DNA of 64,000 bases from an uncultured Candidatus Saccharibacteria bacterium. Its GTDB lineage: Bacteria; Patescibacteriota; Saccharimonadia; Saccharimonadales; Saccharimonadaceae. The position numbers and the translations under genes were made by a program. Where the stretch lies: contig CAMJQQ010000001.1 in assembly GCA_946408075.1 (NCBI GenBank), positions 139,790 to 203,789 on the forward strand. The letters are read 5' to 3'. This document shows, piece after piece, positions 53,720 through 62,362 of this stretch. Under the pieces are notes generated by a model. That model ran no database searches and was not told the origin of the DNA. It worked only from the letters and a program-made list of their open reading frames with translations. Numbering within the stretch: position 1 is the stretch's first letter; each line of letters opens with the position of its first letter.

Positions 53720-54429
53720 CGAAGCAAAAATACAAGCGTATCGCCCTCATTATTATCGTCAGCTTGGCGCTCATTGAACTTGCAATGCTTGGCCTAACTT
53801 TTTGGCGTAAGCAAGAGTCGCTCGCGACGGAAAATGCTACTGACATGCTCGTGCGCCTTAGCATGACCGATTCGGCTCTGCGTTCTGGCGACCAGGCAAA
53901 ATTCGAATCGATGCGCGGTGAATTCAATAATTTACGCGAAAAAATGCAACGCAATCTCTATGCAAAAACGCACTATGGCGACCTACTAGAAGCGGCACAA
54001 AATTATTCTGAGCGCATTTCAGACGACGCTCTAATTGGCGAGCTGCGGCTCTTTTTGCAAGCGCGCAATAATCTCATTAATGATCTTTCGACGCTCGATC
54101 AAGTGGATTACAATTACGAAAACCAGCTCAAGCTCAAGGACTTTCTTGCCGATTATGCGCAGGTTCTTGACGGTCTCGAACTTCCGCAATTGTCTGAATT
54201 GCTCGCGACCCAGAAAAACGCCACGCAATCCCTGCGCGAGGCAACCGAAAATCTCCTGAGCTGTGCGGGCGTTTGCACGGACGTCGGCTATGCTGAACGT
54301 CAGCATGCTTTCGAGTCGGCTCTGGCGCAATTTTTGCCAATTTTTGAAGCCGAAAATGAAAAATTTGTCGAAAAATTTGGCGCTGCGGAACTCGCAGAAA
54401 AACTCAGCGGGATTGCCAAAAACTCTTGA
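53716..54429 (+). CDS. Membrane-anchored helical protein (237 aa), unknown function
   Basis: An ATGA start/stop overlap links it to the upstream gene. It has an N-terminal TM helix. Confidence 0.55.
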   Translation: MTKQKYKRIALIIIVSLALIELAMLGLTFWRKQESLATENATDMLVRLSMTDSALRSGDQAKFESMRGEFNNLREKMQRNLYAKTHYGDLLEAAQNYSERISDDALIGELRLFLQARNNLINDLSTLDQVDYNYENQLKLKDFLADYAQVLDGLELPQLSELLATQKNATQSLREATENLLSCAGVCTDVGYAERQHAFESALAQFLPIFEAENEKFVEKFGAAELAEKLSGIAKNS

Positions 54430-54519
54430 TTTTTTATCTGTTTATGCTTATAATTAAGCCATAAAAGGTCAAAATAAAAATCAATAATAAAAACGAACAT
54501 TTCGGTTCCGCGAGGTGCT

Positions 54520-56649
54520 ATGAGAACAAGAGCTCGAAAATCTGCGTTCTTTAAGGCTACCGTGCTAACCTGCGGTATTGCTTTTATTTTGGCTGCCAGT
54601 CTATTCCTCTTTAATTCGCTCCGGGTTCACGCGGAAGGTGACGAGCGCACCGAAATCTATGGCCTTTACTATGATCCTCTTAGCGGCAGTGGTTTCTGGC
54701 GCTACGTAAAAAAGTACACGATTGGTACTATTGAATCTGGTTGCGCGGAAATTACCCCGGAACACTACGCCGAAGAAGAATTGTACGGCTTTGACATGTA
54801 TAGTACTGACGATGTTGCTGCTATGGCGATTATTAATGATCCTACTATGGGCATCTGCGAAGAAATGACGATTGAAAAAACCTATTATTCGGCAACAGTC
54901 AATAATGATTTACGCAACATTGTCCATACCGTTGATGATTATTTTGCCATCGACCTCAATCATGCGGCACCATTTTGCAATGACTATGATCAAAACTACG
55001 AAACAGGGCAGCTCGAGCTGACCTGCGCCGACCTTAGTAGTGTAAGTTATAGTCTAGACGGAAGCGACCCTAGCAATCGCAGCCTCCTCGTAACTGGTCT
55101 TCCTATAAAAGCCGGTTTTGCTACGCGCCTCAGCGCCGAAGATGATTTAGTCTTCCGTGAAGTTAACTACAAGTATACGACTATTCAGCCGACCACCGTT
55201 TATGATCCTCCGCGTGACCGCATGTACCCTGTCGGCAAAACCGTTAGTGTGGCAGCCGAGCCGACTGCGGAATATTCTCCAGACGGCGAAACGATTATTC
55301 CGCTCGCTTTCTACGGCTGGAATAGCGAACAGGTAGACGCAACCCAATCAAGCTTCGTCATGCCAGACGAAGATGTTGAGTTTTACGGATTCTTCTTCGA
55401 CGCCACGCATGAAGATACTGTAACGCCGACAGGCTACGCGAACGACATTCCGGCGGAATGCCGTGATGAAGTGATGACTTTGCCGCGCTATTATCCAATA
55501 CCACGCAACTTATCGGAGCATGGCGACACCTGTCGAGGCTACACTTTCGAAGGGTGGTCACAACCGGAAGAGGATCCGGACGACCAGTACTACAATCAAT
55601 TCTACATATTCGTGGATGGCGACACTACAATAACGCCGAGCTTTACGCCGAAACCAGAATACAGGGTACTATACGCCCTAACGAACGATACAGAGCAAAC
55701 AGGTCAGCTACCAGATGTTTCCGAGCCATATTATTCCGGCGAGGATATTTTGCTATCTGAGCTTCCTTTGAACGGCAGCTATATTTTGGACGGCTGGTTC
55801 TGGGATGAGGAAGGTACGACGCGAGTCGAAAACAACACCATCACCGTTCCGGAACTTGATGACGGCGCCTTTGTGACGGTCTATGGTCGCTGGGTTCCGC
55901 ATACGGGCGCGCTCGAAGGCTTTACGGTTGAGCTTGAACAGCCGCACATTTGTGACGATGGCTGTGTTGGTCCATTCGAGTGGATGGAAGAACCGTCCTT
56001 TGATATCACGGTTGGCAACCAGAGTGGCGTCGATGTCTATGGCTATAAGGTTCAAATCGAGCTCGAGGCGCAAGGTGATGATTCGGAGTGGTTCGACATT
56101 CCGGCCGCCGAATTCTGTCCGAATATCTCGCTCTTGGAAGGCACTGGCACAGTTGGCCTAGTTGATGGTAAGTGCATTAGCGATATTGATATGCTACTCC
56201 GTGACGGCCAGGAGATTAGCCTACATCATAGCCTGCTGATTACACGCGACAAAACTCTCATGTACCACATGACGGTTACGCTCGTCGAGGTTACGCCAGA
56301 AGCGAATGAGCATCAATTCTATACTTTGACCAATCAGATACCGTATTACGACGATTATGTCTTCCAGGCTTATAGCCCACATGACAATCCGGAAACTTTC
56401 GCCTCGATTTCGGGCGGCTCGCATCCGAAAGCATTCTTGCCGCGACTCATTGCGACCATCGTAACGATTATCCTAATCATCGCCTGCGCAATCATTGCCT
56501 CCCGCAAACGCATCCGTCCAGCTTTCCGCTACGCGGCCCTTGGCACAATCGCACTCCTGCTCACTTTCTCGATCGCGACCATCATCTTCCAGCCGAATTC
56601 TAGCTATGCCGCGCCAGAGCAAAGCGCTTCGCAAAATATGCTAGACTAG
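54520..56649 (+). CDS. Secreted/anchored repeat protein (709 aa) with Listeria-Bacteroides-type (Flg_new-like) repeats
   Basis: Signal peptide ending in RVHAEG. Three Y.F.GW-type motifs are present (AFYGWNSE, YTFEGWSQPEE, YILDGWFWDEEG). There are two C-terminal TM helices. Confidence 0.6.
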   Translation: MRTRARKSAFFKATVLTCGIAFILAASLFLFNSLRVHAEGDERTEIYGLYYDPLSGSGFWRYVKKYTIGTIESGCAEITPEHYAEEELYGFDMYSTDDVAAMAIINDPTMGICEEMTIEKTYYSATVNNDLRNIVHTVDDYFAIDLNHAAPFCNDYDQNYETGQLELTCADLSSVSYSLDGSDPSNRSLLVTGLPIKAGFATRLSAEDDLVFREVNYKYTTIQPTTVYDPPRDRMYPVGKTVSVAAEPTAEYSPDGETIIPLAFYGWNSEQVDATQSSFVMPDEDVEFYGFFFDATHEDTVTPTGYANDIPAECRDEVMTLPRYYPIPRNLSEHGDTCRGYTFEGWSQPEEDPDDQYYNQFYIFVDGDTTITPSFTPKPEYRVLYALTNDTEQTGQLPDVSEPYYSGEDILLSELPLNGSYILDGWFWDEEGTTRVENNTITVPELDDGAFVTVYGRWVPHTGALEGFTVELEQPHICDDGCVGPFEWMEEPSFDITVGNQSGVDVYGYKVQIELEAQGDDSEWFDIPAAEFCPNISLLEGTGTVGLVDGKCISDIDMLLRDGQEISLHHSLLITRDKTLMYHMTVTLVEVTPEANEHQFYTLTNQIPYYDDYVFQAYSPHDNPETFASISGGSHPKAFLPRLIATIVTIILIIACAIIASRKRIRPAFRYAALGTIALLLTFSIATIIFQPNSSYAAPEQSASQNMLD

Positions 56650-56653
56650 AACT

Positions 56654-57433
56654 ATGGCAAAGATTTTATTCCCAGAAGCAAACAATGAGTATATTATCCA
56701 TGCATCGCAGTGGCTTGCAGAGTCGCAACTTGCGGAGCCAGTTCTCAAAGAGATGGATTTGGTGGACGCTTGCGCAGAAGTAGTTCGCGGGGAAGCAGAT
56801 GCACTGATTGCCGGCATCGATAATTCTTCTCGCGATGTGATTTTGGCTGCGCGCGACGGTCTCGGTGTTCTTGAGCCAGTTTTCTCGGAAAAAAGTCTCT
56901 TTTCTAGCCTCTTCGTTGCGAAATTTCCGGATGGCCGCATCTTGATTCTGTCTGACGGTGCCACTTGCAAACATCCTAGCGCCACGCAACTTGCCGATAT
57001 TATTCGCCTAACCGCCGATGCGGCGCGCAAGATTCTTGACGAGGAACCGCGTATCGCGCTCCTGTCTTTCTCAACTTTTGGCTCGGGTGGCCATGACGAA
57101 ACGATTGATTTGATGGGCGAGGCCTACACGCTGATCCATGAAAAATATCCAGATCTTATGATTGACGGCGAAATTCAACTCGATGCCGCCATCAATCCTC
57201 GCATCGGCATGAAAAAAGCGCCTGATTCCCAGGTCGCTGGTCGTGCCAATGTTTTGATTGTCCCGGATATCAATGCTGGAAATCTTCTCTACAAATCTTT
57301 CGAGCAACTCGCTGGCGCTCATGTTGCGGGCCCAATTTTGCTTGGCTTCAAATACCCAGTCTCCGATCTTTCGCGCGGTTCCAATGCAGAGGATGTCTAC
57401 TTTACTGCGCAGTGTCTTGCTAAGCTAATCTAA
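56654..57433 (+). CDS. pta: Phosphate acetyl/butyryl-transferase family protein (short, 259 aa)
   Basis: DLMIDGEIQLDAA, AGRANVLIVPDINAGNLLYK and GPILLGFKYPVSDLSRG match Pta/Ptb motifs. It looks about 70 aa shorter than typical Pta enzymes. No ackA is adjacent. Confidence 0.7.
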   Translation: MAKILFPEANNEYIIHASQWLAESQLAEPVLKEMDLVDACAEVVRGEADALIAGIDNSSRDVILAARDGLGVLEPVFSEKSLFSSLFVAKFPDGRILILSDGATCKHPSATQLADIIRLTADAARKILDEEPRIALLSFSTFGSGGHDETIDLMGEAYTLIHEKYPDLMIDGEIQLDAAINPRIGMKKAPDSQVAGRANVLIVPDINAGNLLYKSFEQLAGAHVAGPILLGFKYPVSDLSRGSNAEDVYFTAQCLAKLI

Positions 57434-58407
57434 AATTTGTGCGGCGGATCAATATATTTATCTCTGATATTCGAGGCGAGCGTTCCGAGCTTACCTCGAA
57501 TATTTTCTTTGTTGCCAGGCTTCATTTCGTCTAGTGCGCGGTTCAATTTCCCGCGCCAGGTGTTGCGCTCTTTTTCCGCCAAATAATCCGCCACCGAGCG
57601 CCCGTCGGAGACATATTTTTGCTCGTTGCCAGTCAGTGCGCCGCCACTAATCAGCGAATAGCGCAGGGCAACATATTCGGCGATGCCACCGCGCATTGTT
57701 TCGATCAGATTCGGATACATTACAGGTGTCAGACCGCTCCCCGATTCACTTACCCATTCACCACGCGCGACTTTTTGCTCGAGATTTTGTAGCATGCTTA
57801 TTAGAGATATCTCGGTACTATTGAGCACGCGGAAGAGGATATAATCAGATTCGATGCTTGTCGGCGTATGTCCGACGCGTCGATAAATTGTTAGCCAGTT
57901 ATTAGCCTCGCTCTTTGCGGCGCCTGCTACGGTCGTATCGATTGAACTCGTCATGCGTGCGTATGCTTGAGCGATTTTGTCTTCATATTCGGAATAATGC
58001 ATTAAACGATCGCGCAAACAGAGATAGCAACAAACGCGCATATTGTCATAAGGCTGTAAGCTGTGCGCATCTACTCCCACCGGTATCTCGAATTCAAAAT
58101 TCGAAGCCTCGCCTGCGCGTAAAGTATCAATCAGCCACTGCTTCGCGACGCTATCAAGCACAGAGTCGATGCATTGCTCGATAGTTTTCATCTCTTCAGG
58201 ATTCAAGACTGCGCCTAGACAAGCCTCATGAATCGCCGTCTCGCGATTAATTAGCTCTTTCATTCGTTCTGCTGCCAAAACGTCAGTGCTGCTACTTTCG
58301 AGCATTAAAACACAGCTACTCAACCAAGCTTGATTGATGAAATTACGCTTCTTTAGCTCATTGTTCGCGTGTGCAGCATAGCTGCGCTGGGCGGTATTAT
58401 TATCCAT
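57430..58407 (-). CDS. Hypothetical cytoplasmic protein (325 aa)
   Basis: Clean ORF. TGTTATAAT lies 7 nt upstream of the ATG. I recognised no motif. Confidence 0.55.
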   Translation of the reverse strand: MDNNTAQRSYAAHANNELKKRNFINQAWLSSCVLMLESSSTDVLAAERMKELINRETAIHEACLGAVLNPEEMKTIEQCIDSVLDSVAKQWLIDTLRAGEASNFEFEIPVGVDAHSLQPYDNMRVCCYLCLRDRLMHYSEYEDKIAQAYARMTSSIDTTVAGAAKSEANNWLTIYRRVGHTPTSIESDYILFRVLNSTEISLISMLQNLEQKVARGEWVSESGSGLTPVMYPNLIETMRGGIAEYVALRYSLISGGALTGNEQKYVSDGRSVADYLAEKERNTWRGKLNRALDEMKPGNKENIRGKLGTLASNIRDKYIDPPHKF

Positions 58408-58433
58408 TAGCTCAATTATAACACCTCGCTATT

Positions 58434-58462
58434 CATCAAAAAACTTAGCCTTTCGGCTAAGT
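58434..58462 (-). terminator. Intrinsic terminator of the GT4-GH57 operon
   Basis: ACTTAGCC-tttc-GGCTAAGT. On the minus strand it is followed by a T7 run. Confidence 0.8.
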
Positions 58463-58463
58463 T

Positions 58464-59687
58464 CTATTTGCTAGTTTTCTTTGGCTTACTTAATTCGTCA
58501 AGCCGTTCGCGCATGTCGCGCAAAGAGTTCATATAGTACAGAAACGCATCGTAAGGCGAATCGTAAGGCGAGAAGTAAGCGTGCACGTCGCCGTCATTGA
58601 AGTACTTCGTGCACATATAATACGGATGGTCGGAAGTCTGCAAACGGCGCCAATCGTCAATCATCTTCTGATCGCCGCATTCAAGAACCTCATCCTTCAA
58701 GGCATAGACTGCATTCATTGCTTCATGCTGCATTGAGTTGCCAAGCCAAGCACTCAAATCGCGCTCGGTATCAGCCCAAGTCACCGTCCACGGCATCGAA
58801 ATCTCGGCCGTCGGCTCCGCGCTGTCGCAAGCCTCGGAAACCGTCAAGAAATTATTATCCTTGTCGCGATCCCAGCGATAAATGAGATGTTCGAAGAATT
58901 CAAAGATGCCGGTATCTTCCCAAATGTTTTCGCCAAAGGTTTCGAAATCCATGAAAAGGTTGATTAGCGGACCGCGCAAAGTAGCAGCTTCGAGCCACTG
59001 AATATATTTGTCGACCGTAAGTGGCCATTCTTTCCAGTTCTTATCAGAGAAACGGAATGCGACATCGTCGGACAAACGGTAATTCTTCATCAAGAGCTTG
59101 ATATTCTTGCAACCTTCCGGACGGTAAACAAAGTTCGGACTGCGCCATTCGAGGATCTTATCCCAACCTTCGGCCAAGATGCCCTTCATGCCAAACTCGT
59201 CAGCCCACTTTGCCAAATCGTCGTTATAGCTCAACTCGGTATTGCGGAAGACCTTCGTTTCGACGCCAAACAATTCGCGGATTTTTTCGCGATGCTTAAC
59301 GACCTGCGCCTCAAACTCTTCGCGATCATAGAAGAACGCGAGGGAATGGTAATAAGTTTCAGAAACGATTTCAACACGGCCGGAAGCAATCAATCTCTTC
59401 AAAGTCTCAATTACATCTGGCGCCCACTCTTCGGCCTGTTCCAAAAATGTGCCGGTAATCGACAAAGAAAACTTAAAGCCCGCATAAGTATTGATGCATT
59501 TCTCGAGGCGAGCTAGCATTGGGCGGTAGGATTTTTCGGCAACTTTCTTGAAAATACGCTCATTATTGGTACCCGCGTACCAATCTTTTTCCGTCCAATA
59601 ATCATGATCGTGGCCAACCGCAAAGATATTATAATGCTTCAACCGATACGGCTGATGCATATGCAAATACAGAACGATTGACCTCAT
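58464..59687 (-). CDS. Glycoside hydrolase family 57 (alpha-glucan-acting)
   Basis: The N-terminus is IVLYLHMHQPYR, and the length and composition fit GH57. Confidence 0.8.
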   Translation of the reverse strand: MRSIVLYLHMHQPYRLKHYNIFAVGHDHDYWTEKDWYAGTNNERIFKKVAEKSYRPMLARLEKCINTYAGFKFSLSITGTFLEQAEEWAPDVIETLKRLIASGRVEIVSETYYHSLAFFYDREEFEAQVVKHREKIRELFGVETKVFRNTELSYNDDLAKWADEFGMKGILAEGWDKILEWRSPNFVYRPEGCKNIKLLMKNYRLSDDVAFRFSDKNWKEWPLTVDKYIQWLEAATLRGPLINLFMDFETFGENIWEDTGIFEFFEHLIYRWDRDKDNNFLTVSEACDSAEPTAEISMPWTVTWADTERDLSAWLGNSMQHEAMNAVYALKDEVLECGDQKMIDDWRRLQTSDHPYYMCTKYFNDGDVHAYFSPYDSPYDAFLYYMNSLRDMRERLDELSKPKKTSK

Positions 59688-59705
59688 CTTAGTATTACCT
59701 CTTTA

Positions 59706-60926
59706 TTAAAAACTATTTCGTTTATTTTTCTTAACTTCATCATACACTTGCACGCATTTTTTCGCAACGTCGTCCCAAGAGATACGACCATACTCACGTT
59801 TGATGCCGTCGCGCAAAGTTTCGGTGAGAGCAGGGCTTTCCGCGATGTTTACGAGTGCGCCCGCTAGCTTGTCTTCATCCCAATAATCATAGCGAACAAT
59901 CGAGCGCAAGACTTCGCCGACGCCAGATTGCTTCGTGATAACGAGCGCGTTGCCGTGGTGCGCTGCCTCGAGTGCGGTCAAACCAAATGGCTCAGAAATC
60001 GACGACATTACAAACACGTCAGAAACGCTATAAATGTCGCGCAACTGCTTACCACGAATAAAACCAGTAAAGATCACGTTCCTTGAAATGCCCAAATCAG
60101 CCGACATGCGCATCAAAGTCTCTTTCTGTTCGCCGTCGCCAGCAAACAAGAAAATCATCTTTGGATGCATGCTGATTGCGCGCGCCGCGGCCCGCATCAT
60201 ATGATAAAGACCCTTCTGCAAGGTAAAGCGACCGACTGTCGAAACAATCGTGTAGCCTTTTTTCTTCATGTTCTCAAGGTACTGATAATTGGTCTTATCG
60301 TAGAAATAGTCGTCGTTTGGCGCCTCAAAGCCGTTGTAGGCGACGTCGATTTTGTCCGCTGGAATCTTGTAACGTTCGACGATAATGTTCTTTGTCGCTT
60401 GGCTTACCGCGATAATCTTATCTGCCCAAACCAAACCTTGGTACTCAATCTCGTGAATCAGCGGATTGCCGCCTTTTGCGCCACCGCGATCAAACTCAGT
60501 TGCGTGCACGTGTGCGACTAGTGGAATACCGAAATTCTTCTTCGCCAGGATGCCCGCCTCATAGGTTAACCAGTCGTGCGCATGCACCAAATCCGGCTTA
60601 AACTCCATCAAATAACGCTGAACGAATTCACAATAAGTGTGCTGCACGTCGCGAATCGACATCGTCTTCTTTGTCTCTTTATGTTCAAACAATTTCTCTT
60701 CGATGCGCTCGGATTCATAAGCGCCGCCACCATAACGGAAAAGCGGATCAATCTTTAGCGCTGACAAAACGCGCATATGTTTAAGATGATGCTCGGCTTC
60801 ATATGGAACAACAAAATCAATGTCCGCACCCATTTTTGCCAAGGACTTGGAAAGATGTAAACAAGCTACCCCGAGGCCGCCACTGTTATGAGGGGGGAGC
60901 TCCCAACCTAGCATCAAAATCTTCAT
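59706..60926 (-). CDS. GT4-family glycosyltransferase (glycogen-synthase-like)
   Basis: GGLGVACLHL at the N-terminus and EPFGLTALEAAHHG (E-x7-E region). TGCTATACT lies 9 nt upstream of the ATG. Confidence 0.8.
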   Translation of the reverse strand: MKILMLGWELPPHNSGGLGVACLHLSKSLAKMGADIDFVVPYEAEHHLKHMRVLSALKIDPLFRYGGGAYESERIEEKLFEHKETKKTMSIRDVQHTYCEFVQRYLMEFKPDLVHAHDWLTYEAGILAKKNFGIPLVAHVHATEFDRGGAKGGNPLIHEIEYQGLVWADKIIAVSQATKNIIVERYKIPADKIDVAYNGFEAPNDDYFYDKTNYQYLENMKKKGYTIVSTVGRFTLQKGLYHMMRAAARAISMHPKMIFLFAGDGEQKETLMRMSADLGISRNVIFTGFIRGKQLRDIYSVSDVFVMSSISEPFGLTALEAAHHGNALVITKQSGVGEVLRSIVRYDYWDEDKLAGALVNIAESPALTETLRDGIKREYGRISWDDVAKKCVQVYDEVKKNKRNSF

Positions 60927-61020
60927 CTAATATCTAGTATAGCACTTATTTACTAAGCACAAGCAAAAATCGCGCGCTAAAGTTCGGTTTTATGCTCTTC
61001 GATGCTATAATTTTTGCAGT

Positions 61021-61482
61021 ATGACAGAAGCAAAAGAAAACCCCGAAAATCCACTAGAAGAAACTCGACCAGAAATTCAGGTCCGCTGGTATCACATTGT
61101 CGCTACGACAGTGGTTGCTATCCTTGCAATTATTGCCATCATCACGCTCGTCCGCCGCTTTGATTTGTCTCTCATCGGCAACGAGACGACTTTCCAAATT
61201 GCCGCCACTTGCGCCGACGGAGAAGAGAAGGAATATCATTATTTCGGTCCGCACGACAATGACTATTACGAAATTTCGGCCGACAAAAAGATTGATCGTA
61301 CTCTCAATCCCGAAAAAGCCTCATTTCAGATTCTCGAAATCAGCGACACTGGCGTCCAGATTAAAATTAAACAAAATGGCGAATGGAAAGAAATCCATGC
61401 GAATTATGCCACCGAAAAAAGCCAAATCCTTTCTGAATCCGACGACTGCAAGCTAAAAATCGACTATATGTTTAGCCGCTAG
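61021..61482 (+). CDS. Membrane-anchored small protein (153 aa), unknown function
   Basis: TGCTATAAT lies 9 nt upstream of the ATG. One TM helix (IVATTVVAILAIIAIITLV). Confidence 0.55.
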   Translation: MTEAKENPENPLEETRPEIQVRWYHIVATTVVAILAIIAIITLVRRFDLSLIGNETTFQIAATCADGEEKEYHYFGPHDNDYYEISADKKIDRTLNPEKASFQILEISDTGVQIKIKQNGEWKEIHANYATEKSQILSESDDCKLKIDYMFSR

Positions 61483-61483
61483 T

Positions 61484-62362
61484 TTAGTGAAAAACTGGCA
61501 ACACAAAGTTCGATAAATCGCCTTCATCCGCATCGTTTTCGGTGACAGCCTGATTAGCAATGTCTTCGTCGGTAATGAGATATTTCTCGGAATAATTCTT
61601 TGCTATCTCGTCTGCGCGGTCCAGAATCGCCCAGTATTCGGCCAACTTGTTTTCGTCTTCAAAACTAACAATCGTCCCATCGATTGACCAGTCGCCGCGA
61701 TTTGTTGTCAAATAGTCAAGCGCCTCGGTATAGACGTCGGCCATGTTTTCAAGCATGTTAATTAGCGAGCGATAAATCGCCTCTGCGCCGTCCATGTCTT
61801 GCTCGTCAATCGTGAGACTAATAAACATGTTGATGATTTCTTCGTCAGCTTCGCCCTCTAGAAACTCCACGGCGCCTTCATAGCTGAAATATTTCCAGAG
61901 TTCACTTCGTTTCTGTTCAACCAGAGCCTTCGCATGCGCGACTTTTTCGCGCCCATTCGAAAGATTCTCGTCGTCGCTGCTCAGTGAGTCGGTCTCTAGC
62001 GTAGCGATCATGCCGCCCTCGTCAAATTCCGCTAGCAATTCGTTTGTATCGCGGGTCAGGGAACAGAGGTAATTTTTAGCGCCACGCTCGACGACGGACA
62101 TTTTTGGATCCTTTGACTTGATGCTCTTGCACCGTTCGTAGAATTCCTCCTCAGTTCCGCTAGCGCCCAGCTCGAGCATCGCACGAACTTCGTTAGTGAC
62201 CGTAGTGACTCTTATAATTCGCGCGCAAACAATTACTGCTGCCCAAATCGTAAAAATCGTCAAAAGAGGAATGAAAATCACTAAAAACTGCTTATAGCGT
62301 GGCAAGTTGTAATATTTCCACTTCAATCTAGAGCGCAAACTGGGAGTTGTATAGCTCGGCAT
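61484..62362 (-). CDS. Membrane-anchored acidic helical protein (292 aa), unknown function
   Basis: Its start overlaps the 3' end of the ABC exporter gene by 35 nt. One TM helix. Confidence 0.55.
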   Translation of the reverse strand: MPSYTTPSLRSRLKWKYYNLPRYKQFLVIFIPLLTIFTIWAAVIVCARIIRVTTVTNEVRAMLELGASGTEEEFYERCKSIKSKDPKMSVVERGAKNYLCSLTRDTNELLAEFDEGGMIATLETDSLSSDDENLSNGREKVAHAKALVEQKRSELWKYFSYEGAVEFLEGEADEEIINMFISLTIDEQDMDGAEAIYRSLINMLENMADVYTEALDYLTTNRGDWSIDGTIVSFEDENKLAEYWAILDRADEIAKNYSEKYLITDEDIANQAVTENDADEGDLSNFVLPVFH

